Origin: Candidatus Peregrinibacteria bacterium CG1_02_54_53
GTDB taxonomy: Bacteria > Patescibacteriota > Gracilibacteria > Peribacterales > Peribacteraceae
NCBI GenBank assembly: GCA_001872575.1
Contig: MNWP01000020.1
Location: 8,747 to 72,746 of the forward strand
Direction of reading: 5' to 3'
DNA: 64,000 nucleotides
Shown: positions 1 through 8,788 of the stretch, piece by piece
Layout of the letters: each line of letters opens with the position of its first letter
Numbering within the stretch: position 1 is the stretch's first letter
The notes under the pieces: model-generated
What the model was told of the DNA's origin: nothing
The model's input: the letters and a program-made list of their open reading frames with translations, nothing else
Databases searched by the model: none
Made by a program: the position numbers and the translations under genes

Positions 1-1039
1 CATTCGCTTTGCCGGAGAGCAGGAGTGCCTCGCGGCGGTTAGGCGTGATGAGCGTCACGCCGCGCGCCGATGCGACGTACGAACTATCGAAAGGCTTGGG
101 GTCGAGAATCACGGGTTTCTTCTTACGGCGAGCGAGAGCGATACACGCACGCAGAGTCGTCGGCGAAAATACACCCTTTGCATAGTCCGAGAGCAGCAGA
201 ACATCGTGTTTGGGCAGCTCTCGCTCAATACTGCGCAGGAGAGCGCGCGACTGCGCAGGAGAGGGTGAAGACTGTTCTTCGAAATCCAGACGAACGATCT
301 GATGCGAAGAACCTGCCACCACTCGCTGCTTCTGCGTGGTGAAGCGCTGCGGATCAGTCAAAAGCCGCGTACGAACTTTGTCTCTTTTCAGGAGGGCATC
401 AAGCTCGGCTCCGGGCGCATCTTTGCCTCGTAAACCGATAAGCGTGACCTTGGCGCCGAGTGCGGCAATATTGCGTGCGGCATTTGCAGCCCCGCCGGGA
501 AAAGACATCTTCTCTTTGAAATGCAAAACGGGAATGGGCGCTTCCGGCGAGATGCGATTCACGGAACCCGACAGGTACGTATCAAGCATCACATCACCCA
601 CCACGAGAACCGAGCACTTCTTAAAGGATCGAATGAGTGCGGCCTGCCGATCGTAGCGTTGCTGCTCCACATGACCAGAATACTCCGTTCGGAAACTATC
701 GTCCTCCCGGTGGGTAGTCGAGAACTCAAAAATTTCACTGTCTTCAATCCCTGTAAAACGATGAGGTGTTTTAGCTGAGATATGAACAAAATCTCCAGGC
801 GTGAGCTGGCGACGTTCCTTGCCAAGCTCTAGAAGTACACGCCCCTTCTGAATATAGAAGACTTCATCCTTCTCCTTATGCGTATGCAGGCTACAGTGAT
901 GGTTTTTCTTGAGGAGAAGTTTTTTACCACAGTATTCCTTGTTTACGATCCAGTGCTCCTCACCCCACTTCTTCTTCTCCTTATGAATGGAGGAGCCAGA
1001 GAAGAACGATTGCCGTGACCGGGGATGGACGTAAGACAT
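1..1039 (-). CDS. Fusion of an N-terminal PMI-type cupin domain to a D-glycero-beta-D-manno-heptose-7-phosphate kinase-like pfkB sugar kinase (RfaE/HldE domain I). The 3' end lies beyond the window edge.
   Basis: Not in the supplied ORF track because it has no stop inside the window. I translated it by hand from the ATG at 1039-1037 and saw no in-frame stop. The N-terminus is MSYVHPRSRQSFFSGSSIHKEKKKWGEEHWIVNKEYCGKKLLLKKNHHCSLHTHKEKDEVFYIQKGRV...GDFVHISAKTPHRF, a cupin pattern as in mannose-6-P isomerase domains. It continues ...CSVLVVGDVMLDTYLSGSVNRISPEAPIPVL...FPGGAANAARNIAALGAKV, the RfaE domain I signature. Confidence 0.7.
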   Translation of the reverse strand, partial: MSYVHPRSRQSFFSGSSIHKEKKKWGEEHWIVNKEYCGKKLLLKKNHHCSLHTHKEKDEVFYIQKGRVLLELGKERRQLTPGDFVHISAKTPHRFTGIEDSEIFEFSTTHREDDSFRTEYSGHVEQQRYDRQAALIRSFKKCSVLVVGDVMLDTYLSGSVNRISPEAPIPVLHFKEKMSFPGGAANAARNIAALGAKVTLIGLRGKDAPGAELDALLKRDKVRTRLLTDPQRFTTQKQRVVAGSSHQIVRLDFEEQSSPSPAQSRALLRSIERELPKHDVLLLSDYAKGVFSPTTLRACIALARRKKKPVILDPKPFDSSYVASARGVTLITPNRREALLLSGKAN

Positions 1040-1110
1040 ACCAATCGTACGGGGCATTCTGCCACGAAATACGGTAAGGATCCACAAAAACCGGAAAGGA
1101 TTCCTTGCGC

Positions 1111-2151
1111 CTATTGCACCCCCTGAGCCGCCAAATCCGCCCGGACCATGAGCGCCACAAGATCGGGGAGGGTGGTTTTCGGCTGCCAACCCAATTTCTC
1201 GCGTGCTTTGGAAGCATCACCCAACAGGCAATCCACCTCCGCGGGGCGATAGTAGTGAGGATCCACGCGCACGATGATCTTGCCGCTCCGAGTGTCCGTA
1301 TAGACTTCATTGTTGTCCGCTCCGGAGCGCCCGAACGAAATGCCCGCCTCGGTGAGCGCCAGTTCCAGGAACTCGCGCACGGTTGCCGTCCTGCCTGTAG
1401 CAAGCACAAAATCTTCCGGCTCAGGTTGCTGCAACATCATCCACATGCCTTCGACAAATTCTTTGGCATAACCCCAGTCACGCTTGGCCTCCAGATTACC
1501 GAGGTAGAGACATTCCTGCTTGCCCGCGAGAATATTGGCGATACTCAGCGTGATTTTGCGTGTCACGAAGTTTTCACTGCGACGGGGCGATTCATGGTTG
1601 AAGAGAATGCCGTTCACCGCATACATGTTGTAGCTCTCACGGTAATTGCGGGTAAGATAGAAGGCGTACGCCTTGGCACATCCGTAGGGACTGCGCGGAT
1701 AAAACGGCGTGTCTTCATTCTGGGGGTTGGTAACCGCTTTGCCATACAGCTCGCTGGAGCTCGCCTGATAGAACCGGGACTGAAGGCCGCTCGTGCGCAG
1801 CGCCTCGAGCAGACGCGTCGTACCGATCGCGGTGATGTCTCCCGTGTATTCCGGCATGTCGAAGCTCACCCCAACATGGCTCTGGGCAGCCAGATTGTAG
1901 ATTTCATCCGGCTTCACTTTCATCAGAATCCTGAGGAGTGAGTTACTGTCGCCCAAGTCACCGTAGTGCAGCTGAAAATTCGGCGCATCCCGCGAGATAT
2001 CCTTGAAAATATGTTCGATGCGGCCGCGGTTGAATGTGGAAGCACGGCGAACGATCCCGTGTACTTCATACCCTTTCGCCAGAAGAAACTCCGCAAGATA
2101 CGAACCGTCCTGCCCCGTGATCCCGGTAATCAATGCTCTCTTCTTTGACAT
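1111..2151 (-). CDS. gmd: GDP-mannose 4,6-dehydratase
   Basis: 346 aa. [41 protein letters not shown]...LYGKAV...[15 protein letters not shown] is the full-length Gmd signature. Confidence 0.95.
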   Translation of the reverse strand: MSKKRALITGITGQDGSYLAEFLLAKGYEVHGIVRRASTFNRGRIEHIFKDISRDAPNFQLHYGDLGDSNSLLRILMKVKPDEIYNLAAQSHVGVSFDMPEYTGDITAIGTTRLLEALRTSGLQSRFYQASSSELYGKAVTNPQNEDTPFYPRSPYGCAKAYAFYLTRNYRESYNMYAVNGILFNHESPRRSENFVTRKITLSIANILAGKQECLYLGNLEAKRDWGYAKEFVEGMWMMLQQPEPEDFVLATGRTATVREFLELALTEAGISFGRSGADNNEVYTDTRSGKIIVRVDPHYYRPAEVDCLLGDASKAREKLGWQPKTTLPDLVALMVRADLAAQGVQ

Positions 2152-2169
2152 AACAACGACAGTGAAATT

Positions 2170-3246
2170 TTAGGAATGCATTTTGGATGCACGGAAATAC
2201 TCCGAGAGAACATCCGAGAGCATGGTGCGGATTTGATCCTTTGAGAGCGGTTGCACATGAGCGGCATCGCCATTTCGTATCGTTCCTTTCTTGTCAGCTT
2301 CGCTCCATTCGCCGTTTGCAAGCAGGATTGGAGGACGCACGACGAACATATCGTTCTCTTCGACGGCATACTGTGACTCTTCCCTGGTCATGAGAATCTC
2401 TTCTGTCTTTTCGCCGGGCCGCGCACCGATCACCTGTCGCTTGATCGCATGGGGATCATGGCCGAAACGAGGCGCCAGTTCCTCCACCAGCACATCAATC
2501 ATGTCGCCCAGGCGCAATACCGGCATCTTGAGGATAAACAGTTCCCCACCTTCCATTCGTTCCATGGCACGAAAGAGGAGTGAGACCGCCTGGGGAATGG
2601 ACATGAAAAAACGAATCATGTCCGGATCCGTGACGGTGATGGGCCCCCCGCGTTCGATCTGTTTGCAGAAGAGAGGCAGAACGGACCCCCGCGAAGCAAG
2701 CACGTTGCCGAAACGGACGCTTGCAAAACGAATGGGCTTGGATCCGGCAAAGTGCATGGCCGAGGTCATCATTTTCTCGGCAAGGAGCTTGGTCGCCCCC
2801 ATGACATTGGAGGGGCTGGCCGCCTTGTCGGTCGAGATGAGCAACACACGACTCACGCCCTGCGTGATTGCCGCATCGACAAGGTTCTGCGTTCCGATGA
2901 CATTCGTTTTCACCGCTTCAAAGGAGTTGTACTCACAGAAAGGCACATGCTTGTACGCCGCACAGTGAAAAACGAAGTCGACGCCCTCGAGCGCGCGCAG
3001 CAATCGCGGGTAATCACGGATATCGCCCAACAGATAACGCACAACGGGCTGCGCATCCGGCCCCAATTCCTGCTGAAACAAGTACTGCTTGTGCTCATCG
3101 CGCGAGAGCACGCGAATCGCCTTGGGCTTCAGTGAAAGGAGCTGGCGCACCACCTCCGATCCGATGGACCCGGTGCCGCCGGTAACAAGGATGGTCTTGT
3201 CACGAAAGAAAGACATACGCTTACGAGGGGAAGTGCAAGAGTCCAT
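2170..3246 (-). CDS. Nucleotide-sugar (UDP-GlcNAc-type) 4,6-dehydratase of the Polysacc_synt_2 / CapD-PglF-PseB family. First enzyme of the legionaminic-type set.
   Basis: FFRDKTILVTGGTGSIGSEVVRQLL, CAAYKHVPFCEYN, STDKAASPSNVMGATKLLAEK and RFGNVLASRGSV are present. The start may be the internal M at 3216 (MSFFRDK). Confidence 0.85.
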   Translation of the reverse strand: MDSCTSPRKRMSFFRDKTILVTGGTGSIGSEVVRQLLSLKPKAIRVLSRDEHKQYLFQQELGPDAQPVVRYLLGDIRDYPRLLRALEGVDFVFHCAAYKHVPFCEYNSFEAVKTNVIGTQNLVDAAITQGVSRVLLISTDKAASPSNVMGATKLLAEKMMTSAMHFAGSKPIRFASVRFGNVLASRGSVLPLFCKQIERGGPITVTDPDMIRFFMSIPQAVSLLFRAMERMEGGELFILKMPVLRLGDMIDVLVEELAPRFGHDPHAIKRQVIGARPGEKTEEILMTREESQYAVEENDMFVVRPPILLANGEWSEADKKGTIRNGDAAHVQPLSKDQIRTMLSDVLSEYFRASKMHS

Positions 3247-4357
3247 CTTTCAACGTTTCGCAGACTTTCGCAACATCCTTCTGCGACATTCGTGAGAAAA
3301 ACGGCAAAGCAATCGTGTGGTCTGCGACGGATTCCGTTATGGGGAAATCCCCTTTCTTGTAACCAAAGTCCCGCCGGTAGAAGGGCTGAAGGTGGATGCA
3401 GGGAAAGTAGATGTTGCAGCCGATACCATGCTCTTTCAGATACTGACACAACTGATTACGGTTCTCTGCACTGAAGCGATCTGCAAGATGAACAACATAG
3501 ACGAACCAACTCACGTCTACCCCTTCCTGTTCCATGGGGACATGTACGTCCGCAGCCAGACCTGCCAAACCCTCCTTGTACCACTGCACGACCTGCTGCC
3601 GTTGCCGGATCATGTCTGGCAAACGTGAAAGCTGACTCAAGCCCAACGCGCAATTGATATCGCTGATGCGGTAATTGAATCCCAGACGATGGTGGACGAG
3701 AAACTTATCCTCTTCGTCGCGCCCCTGATTGCGAAGTGAGCGGACCATGCGGGCAAGGTCGGCGTTGTCCGTGACGAACATCCCCCCCTCGCCGGTGGTC
3801 ATCTGCTTGTTGGGATAGAACGCAAATACGGCACAGTCGGCAAACGTTCCTGCTCGTTGTTTTCCGCATATTGAACCCAATGCCTCACAGCTATCTTCAA
3901 TCAGAAGGAGAGAATGCTTCTTCGCCAGCGCACGCAGCTGCTCCCACTGAGCCAGATAACCGAAAACATCAACCGCCAGAATAGCCTTCGTGCGGGGAGT
4001 GATAGCCGCCTCGATTTTAGAAGGATCCAGACAGAGAGTGTCGGGCAGAATATCGACGAACACGGGTTTCGCACGCTCGAAGAGAATACAGTTTGCCGAA
4101 GAGATGAAACTGAACGGTGTTGTAATCACTTCGTCGTCGTCGCGAATATCAAGAGCACACATCGCCAGATGAAGTGCACATGTGCCGTTGCTCACCGCCA
4201 CCGCCTCCTTCGTACCTACAAAAGCGGCAAATTTCTGCTCAAATTCCGGCAGTTTGGGTCCAAGGGAAAGCTGCGGTGTGCGCAGAACTGCCACCACCGC
4301 CTGGATATCCTCCTCATTGAGATCGGGCATGGAGAGCGGAATAGTCTGCTGCATCAC
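3221..4357 (-). CDS. DegT/DnrJ/EryC1-family PLP sugar aminotransferase (PglE/LegC-like)
   Basis: 378 aa. LGPKLPEFEQKFAAFVGTKEAVAVSNGTCALHLAM...FYPNKQMTTGEGGM...GFNYRISDINCALGLSQL. Confidence 0.9.
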   Translation of the reverse strand: MMQQTIPLSMPDLNEEDIQAVVAVLRTPQLSLGPKLPEFEQKFAAFVGTKEAVAVSNGTCALHLAMCALDIRDDDEVITTPFSFISSANCILFERAKPVFVDILPDTLCLDPSKIEAAITPRTKAILAVDVFGYLAQWEQLRALAKKHSLLLIEDSCEALGSICGKQRAGTFADCAVFAFYPNKQMTTGEGGMFVTDNADLARMVRSLRNQGRDEEDKFLVHHRLGFNYRISDINCALGLSQLSRLPDMIRQRQQVVQWYKEGLAGLAADVHVPMEQEGVDVSWFVYVVHLADRFSAENRNQLCQYLKEHGIGCNIYFPCIHLQPFYRRDFGYKKGDFPITESVADHTIALPFFSRMSQKDVAKVCETLKDGLLHFPS

Positions 4358-4407
4358 CGGATACGATAGCCCAAATCCACATGCAGACGCGAACGTTTAC
4401 CGCTGTT

Positions 4408-5037
4408 TCAAGAGGCCTTGCGCGCGACAGCCGGCACGCCCAGAGCCGTAATACCATCGCCAAAATCCGTAACTACAGCAGCCCCTGCGCCAATGACAAC
4501 ATGGTTCCCGATGGAAGACAATTCTCTCACGCTGCTTCCGATGCCGATGAATGTCTGCGTCCCGATTTTTACGCCGCCTGCAATATGTGCTCCCGGTGCG
4601 ATGTGTGTGTAGTCCCCCACCGAGCAATCATGATCAACAGAAGCACTCGTATTCACAATGCATCCTTTGCCCAGTACGGCATCCGGACCGACGACCGTCT
4701 GTGCAAGAATGGCACTGCCCGCTCCGATGCGCGCGCTTTGAGAAATCGCCGCGGAAGGATGGATGACAATTGCCATGGGGAACCCCATATCTTCGAGCAT
4801 CTGTTGCACCTTCGCCCGTGCCGCGCAACCACCGATTGAGACAATGCAGTGCACTCCTTCCTCCTTCAGTTTTTCCAGTGCTTTCTGGTTGCCGAGAATC
4901 GGGTAACCCCCATGTTCCCCCGTGCGCGCGTCATCGATGAACCCAAATACACGCCAGTTGCCGGCTGCGGCATCGGCGACGACTTTGCCATGACCTCCGG
5001 CGCCGAACAGAATGAGAGGAAGAGATGCCATAGTCAT
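4408..5037 (-). CDS. NeuD/PglD-family sugar N-acetyltransferase (left-handed beta-helix)
   Basis: The N-terminus LILFGAGGHGKVVADAA...GFIDD is followed by hexapeptide-repeat sequence (IGAGSAILAQTVVGPDAVLGKGCIVNTSASVDHDCSVGDYTHIAPGAHIAGGVKIG). Confidence 0.85.
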   Translation of the reverse strand: MTMASLPLILFGAGGHGKVVADAAAGNWRVFGFIDDARTGEHGGYPILGNQKALEKLKEEGVHCIVSIGGCAARAKVQQMLEDMGFPMAIVIHPSAAISQSARIGAGSAILAQTVVGPDAVLGKGCIVNTSASVDHDCSVGDYTHIAPGAHIAGGVKIGTQTFIGIGSSVRELSSIGNHVVIGAGAAVVTDFGDGITALGVPAVARKAS

Positions 5038-6182
5038 GCAGTGTAGCCGGAAGCCACCGATCCCTCCATGAGGAAGGTGCGAAGAATACCGGCAATCCGT
5101 TCGCTCGCCTTTCCGTCACCATAGAGATTCTTGCACTGCTTAAGCTTCGCGCGAAACGTGACATCGCTCATTGCGGTCTGAATGGCGGTGCGGATGCGTT
5201 CGGCATCGTACGGCGCGTCGAGGACATTCCCCGAACGTGTCCGCCCCTTCTGGCGTCCGCCAATGTTCACAACGGGAAGACGGAAGGACGCCGCCTCGAT
5301 GATGCCACTCGAACTATTGCCGACAAGTATGTCCGCCGCCGCCATCCACGAAAGGAATATAGTGTGCGGGACGCTTTGCATAAAACGCACGTTTTTTCTT
5401 TTCTGCGCAAATTCCTGAAGCGCCTTGTTCATGGCCATACCGCCGGCATCGGCATTCGATCCGAAGATCACGATAGTACCATCAAACGACTCCAGTGCCT
5501 TGAGTGAGGACTCCAATTGTGCCGAAGGAGAAAATGCCTCAAGCGTGTCGGGGTGCTGCAGAAAGAGGAGAAGAGAACCGACGATCGGCAACCCGGCTTC
5601 CGTGAGTAATTTTTCTTTGGAAGTAAGTTTGACCGAGGCGATCGTATCGAGCGCCGGAGCGCCTGTGCGATGCACTTGTCTCCCACGATCACCAAGCATG
5701 CGGCGCACGCGCTCTGCATCCTCTTCCGTCGAGGTACAGTGAACGGAAGCCAATTGTGAAATGGTATGCCGTGCCGCGTCATCCACGGAACCGGAAAGCT
5801 CGCCCGCATGCAATTGCGCGACGGGAATACCGCAGTAAGTAGCCGCAACGGTCGCTGCTAATTGCTCGCCGCGATCCCCCAGCACCAGCACGAGGGAAGG
5901 TTTGCGCTCAGCAAAAACACGCGCGCACTCGACTGTCGTCTTTCCCACAAATTCCGCCATGGACGCAGGCGTGTCTTTAAGGGAAAGCGTATCCATTTCG
6001 GCGACAATTTGGAATCCGTCACGGCGGATCTCTTCGATCGTCGAGCCGAATTCCTTCTTCAGGTGCATCCCCACTGCCAGTACTTCCAGCTTCAGATCTT
6101 TCGTGCGCTCGATCGCCCGGAAGACCGGGACGTAGATCCCATAATCCGCGCGCGTGCCGGTGATGGCGAGAATGGTTTTCAT
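5034..6182 (-). CDS. neuC: Hydrolysing UDP-N-acetylglucosamine (or 2,4-diacetamido sugar) 2-epimerase, NeuC/LegG type
   Basis: MKTILAITGTRADYGIYVPVFRAI...VLGDRGEQLAATVAATYCGIPVAQLHAGE...GNSSSGIIEAASFRLPVVNIGGRQKGR. The ATG at 6182 forms an ATGA overlap with the upstream synthase stop. The track's alternative start is 6197. Confidence 0.9.
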   Translation of the reverse strand: MKTILAITGTRADYGIYVPVFRAIERTKDLKLEVLAVGMHLKKEFGSTIEEIRRDGFQIVAEMDTLSLKDTPASMAEFVGKTTVECARVFAERKPSLVLVLGDRGEQLAATVAATYCGIPVAQLHAGELSGSVDDAARHTISQLASVHCTSTEEDAERVRRMLGDRGRQVHRTGAPALDTIASVKLTSKEKLLTEAGLPIVGSLLLFLQHPDTLEAFSPSAQLESSLKALESFDGTIVIFGSNADAGGMAMNKALQEFAQKRKNVRFMQSVPHTIFLSWMAAADILVGNSSSGIIEAASFRLPVVNIGGRQKGRTRSGNVLDAPYDAERIRTAIQTAMSDVTFRAKLKQCKNLYGDGKASERIAGILRTFLMEGSVASGYTA

Positions 6183-7228
6183 TGAAACATGTCCCATGTG
6201 AGTGGTGTTCCTGCCGTGATGTCCATCATCAGCTTCCTTCCGATGACATCCTGCACAAATTTCGGCGCGATGCCCGTGCCCGGCCTGCGGATGGCGATCA
6301 TCTCAGTCACGAGTATCTCCCCTTTTTGAAGATCACGACAGGCAACAACGCTCCGGCGCGCAACCGAGCGCACGTTCTCTTCGCACGGCTGGCATTTTTT
6401 CTCGCCCGTCCCGAGGGCTTCCTTCAGCATAGGAACATTCTTCAGGGCCTCTGCATCTCTGATGATACGAATCATCTGCGTGAGTTCCCCAGGTTCCAGT
6501 GATGCCGCGTGATCGGGGCCGGGCAGGGTTCGGTCAAGAGTGAAATGCTTTTCGAGGACCTGTGCGCCCAGCGCTGCTGCAGTCAAGGCCACATCAATGC
6601 CTTCTGTGTGGTCGGAAAAGCCGACGGGAACATGGAATGCCTGACGCAGAGTTTCCATGGCCCGCAGATTGATTTGGTCGACAGGTGCCGGATAGGCGCT
6701 GACGCAGTGAAGCAGGGTAAGCGGAACGTTCGCGGACGTAAAAATTTCCACGGCTTCGCGCACCTCTTCGAGGGAACACATGCCCGTGGAAAGAATGACA
6801 TCGGCACCGAGAGCAGCGACATTTTGTAAGAATGGAAGATTCGTGGTTTCGCCCGAAGGGATTTTCAGCGTCTTGAGTTTGAGAGAGAGCAAAAATTTGG
6901 CAGAGACGATATCGAACGGGGTCACGATGAGTTCGATACTCCGCTCTTTCGCATGATCGGCGAGCCGCCGGTACGCCTCTTTCGGCAACATGAGGGAAGT
7001 GAACATCTCTTTCTGGTCGCGCCAGACATTTTTTTCTTTCTGATAAGAGGCCAGAGGTGCCGCACCGGCCAACTCGTCCGGATCGAAGAGCTGGAATTTG
7101 ACGGCATCCGCCCCGGCATCACTGGCGGCATCCACCAGACGCATGGCCATATCCTCTTTGCCGTTATGGTTCACGCCGGCCTCGGCAATGATGAACACCG
7201 ATGAAGAAGAAGATGGATTTCTCTGCAT
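6179..7228 (-). CDS. neuB: NeuB-family nonulosonic acid synthase (N-acetylneuraminate / legionaminic acid synthase type)
   Basis: VFIIAEAGVNHNGKEDMAMRLVDAASDAGADAVKFQLF...LHCVSAYPAP...GFSDHTEG, followed by a C-terminal SAF-like domain. Confidence 0.9.
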   Translation of the reverse strand: MQRNPSSSSSVFIIAEAGVNHNGKEDMAMRLVDAASDAGADAVKFQLFDPDELAGAAPLASYQKEKNVWRDQKEMFTSLMLPKEAYRRLADHAKERSIELIVTPFDIVSAKFLLSLKLKTLKIPSGETTNLPFLQNVAALGADVILSTGMCSLEEVREAVEIFTSANVPLTLLHCVSAYPAPVDQINLRAMETLRQAFHVPVGFSDHTEGIDVALTAAALGAQVLEKHFTLDRTLPGPDHAASLEPGELTQMIRIIRDAEALKNVPMLKEALGTGEKKCQPCEENVRSVARRSVVACRDLQKGEILVTEMIAIRRPGTGIAPKFVQDVIGRKLMMDITAGTPLTWDMFQ

Positions 7229-7296
7229 AAAAACGGCAATACGACCAGAGGCTCAATCTATAACCCTTTTGACGTCTTTTCAATACACTATCCCCG

Positions 7297-8058
7297 ATGC
7301 ATAGCGTTCGCGTGATCCCCCGGCTCGACATCAAGGGGCCCAATGTGGTGAAGGGTATTCACATGGAAGGGCTGCGCGTGATCGGCACACCAGCAGAACT
7401 TGCGCGCAAGTACTACGAACAAGGTGCAGACGAGCTCATTGCCATGGATATCGTCGCCTCGCTCTATCAGAGAAACCCTGACTTTGATCTGATGCGCTCG
7501 ATCGCCGATGAGCTCTTTATTCCACTCACCATGGGCGGGGGAATTCAATCCCTCCACGACATCAACAATTTTCTTCGCGCCGGGGCCGATAAAGTCGCCA
7601 TAAACTCCCATGCCATCCGCAACCCGAATCTGCTGCCTGAAGCAGTACGCCAGTTCGGCTCACAGTGCATCGTGCTCTCGATCGAAGCCAAACGTCGTCC
7701 GGGCGGCGGATGGGAGGCATACACAGACGGCGGGCGTGAACATTCGGGGCTGGACGCTATCGAATGGATCAAGCGCGCACTAGCCGAGGGCATAGGTGAA
7801 ATATTGCTCACATCCGTAGACTTCGATGGGACAAAGAAAGGATATGACCGGGAACTTCTTGCTGCTGTGACGGCGTTCGCCGATGTACCCGTAGTCATCC
7901 ATGGCGGTGCGAAGGATGCCGCGTCACTGACGGAGGCAATCCAAAAAGGTCACGCCGATGCCGTGAGCATGGCCTCTATTCTTCACTACAACGAATGGAC
8001 CATTGGAAAATTAAAAGAGGAACTCAGTGCGCAATTTATTCCCATTCGCATCTTCTGA
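7297..8058 (+). CDS. HisF-like cyclase subunit of a glycosyl-amidation imidazole-glycerol-phosphate-synthase-like pair (WbuZ type), copy 1
   Basis: VIPRLDIKGPNVVKGIHMEGLRVIGTPAELARKYYEQGADELIAMDI...GGGI...LLTSVDFDGTKKGYD. It sits in a glycan cluster rather than a his operon. Confidence 0.9.
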   Translation: MHSVRVIPRLDIKGPNVVKGIHMEGLRVIGTPAELARKYYEQGADELIAMDIVASLYQRNPDFDLMRSIADELFIPLTMGGGIQSLHDINNFLRAGADKVAINSHAIRNPNLLPEAVRQFGSQCIVLSIEAKRRPGGGWEAYTDGGREHSGLDAIEWIKRALAEGIGEILLTSVDFDGTKKGYDRELLAAVTAFADVPVVIHGGAKDAASLTEAIQKGHADAVSMASILHYNEWTIGKLKEELSAQFIPIRIF

Positions 8059-8059
8059 T

Positions 8060-8788
8060 ATGCCAAAAATTTGTGTTATCGACTACGGCATCGGAAACAT
8101 TCACAGTGCACTCAAGGGGCTGCGCTGTTTCGCGGAAAATGTCGTGCTGAGTGAGGACCTCAAAGAAATTCATGACGCCGATGCGCTCGTGCTGCCGGGG
8201 CAGGGGGCGTTTGAGGCGGGGATGGAAGGGCTTCGCGTCCGCGGGCTGCTTGATGAAGTGAAAACTGCAGCGGCCGAAGGCAAACCTATCCTCGGTATCT
8301 GTTTAGGCGCTCAGCTACTGCTCGAAAAGGGATACGAATTCGGCGAGTGGGAGGGGCTCGGGCTCATCCCGGGAGAAGTGGTGCACTTTCCGTCGCTTGA
8401 AGGCGGGGCAAAAACACCCCACATGGGCTGGAATTCCATCGATCCAAAAAATAGCGCCCTCCTTGTTCCCTCTCCCCTTGGGAGAGGGTGGCGCGAAGCG
8501 CCAGGAGAGGGGCAAACGGGGGCCAAAGCATGGAATGGAACGGTTCTCGAAGGGATAACCGCTGGCACAGACATGTACTTCATCCATTCTTTCATCCTTC
8601 AGCCGAAAGACGAAGCGCACATACTGGCCGAAACAACATATGGCGGCCTGACATTCTCTTCCGTTGTCGGAAAGGGTTCAATCATCGGTTGCCAGTTTCA
8701 CCCTGAGAAAAGCGGAAAAATGGGTCTCCGCATCATTGAAAATTTCATCCATCTGGCAGAAGATGCCTCCCGTCGGTCCCCTTCATAA
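8060..8788 (+). CDS. HisH-like class-I glutamine amidotransferase subunit (WbuY type), copy 1, carrying an in-frame ~25-aa insertion
   Basis: MPKICVIDYGIGNIHSA...LPGQGAF...ILGICLGAQLL...HMGWN...FIHSF...GCQFHPEKS. The start at 8060 directly follows the HisF-like stop (TGATATG). Confidence 0.9.
   Translation: MPKICVIDYGIGNIHSALKGLRCFAENVVLSEDLKEIHDADALVLPGQGAFEAGMEGLRVRGLLDEVKTAAAEGKPILGICLGAQLLLEKGYEFGEWEGLGLIPGEVVHFPSLEGGAKTPHMGWNSIDPKNSALLVPSPLGRGWREAPGEGQTGAKAWNGTVLEGITAGTDMYFIHSFILQPKDEAHILAETTYGGLTFSSVVGKGSIIGCQFHPEKSGKMGLRIIENFIHLAEDASRRSPS
8468..8512. repeat. Polypyrimidine/polypurine hairpin element inside the HisH-like coding sequence
   Basis: CCCTCTCCC(8468-8476)-ctt-GGGAGAGGG(8480-8488), then TGGCGC-gaa-GCGCCA (8489-8503), then GGAGAGGGG. 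It encodes ...PSPLGRGWREAPGEG... Confidence 0.7.

Noticed and set aside
8664-8762. Upstream extension of the amidotransferase ORF overlapping the HisH-like gene by 125 nt
   Set aside because: The extension lies in an alternative frame of a well-supported gene and has no motif. The starts at 8763 or 8802 fit the compact operon layout.
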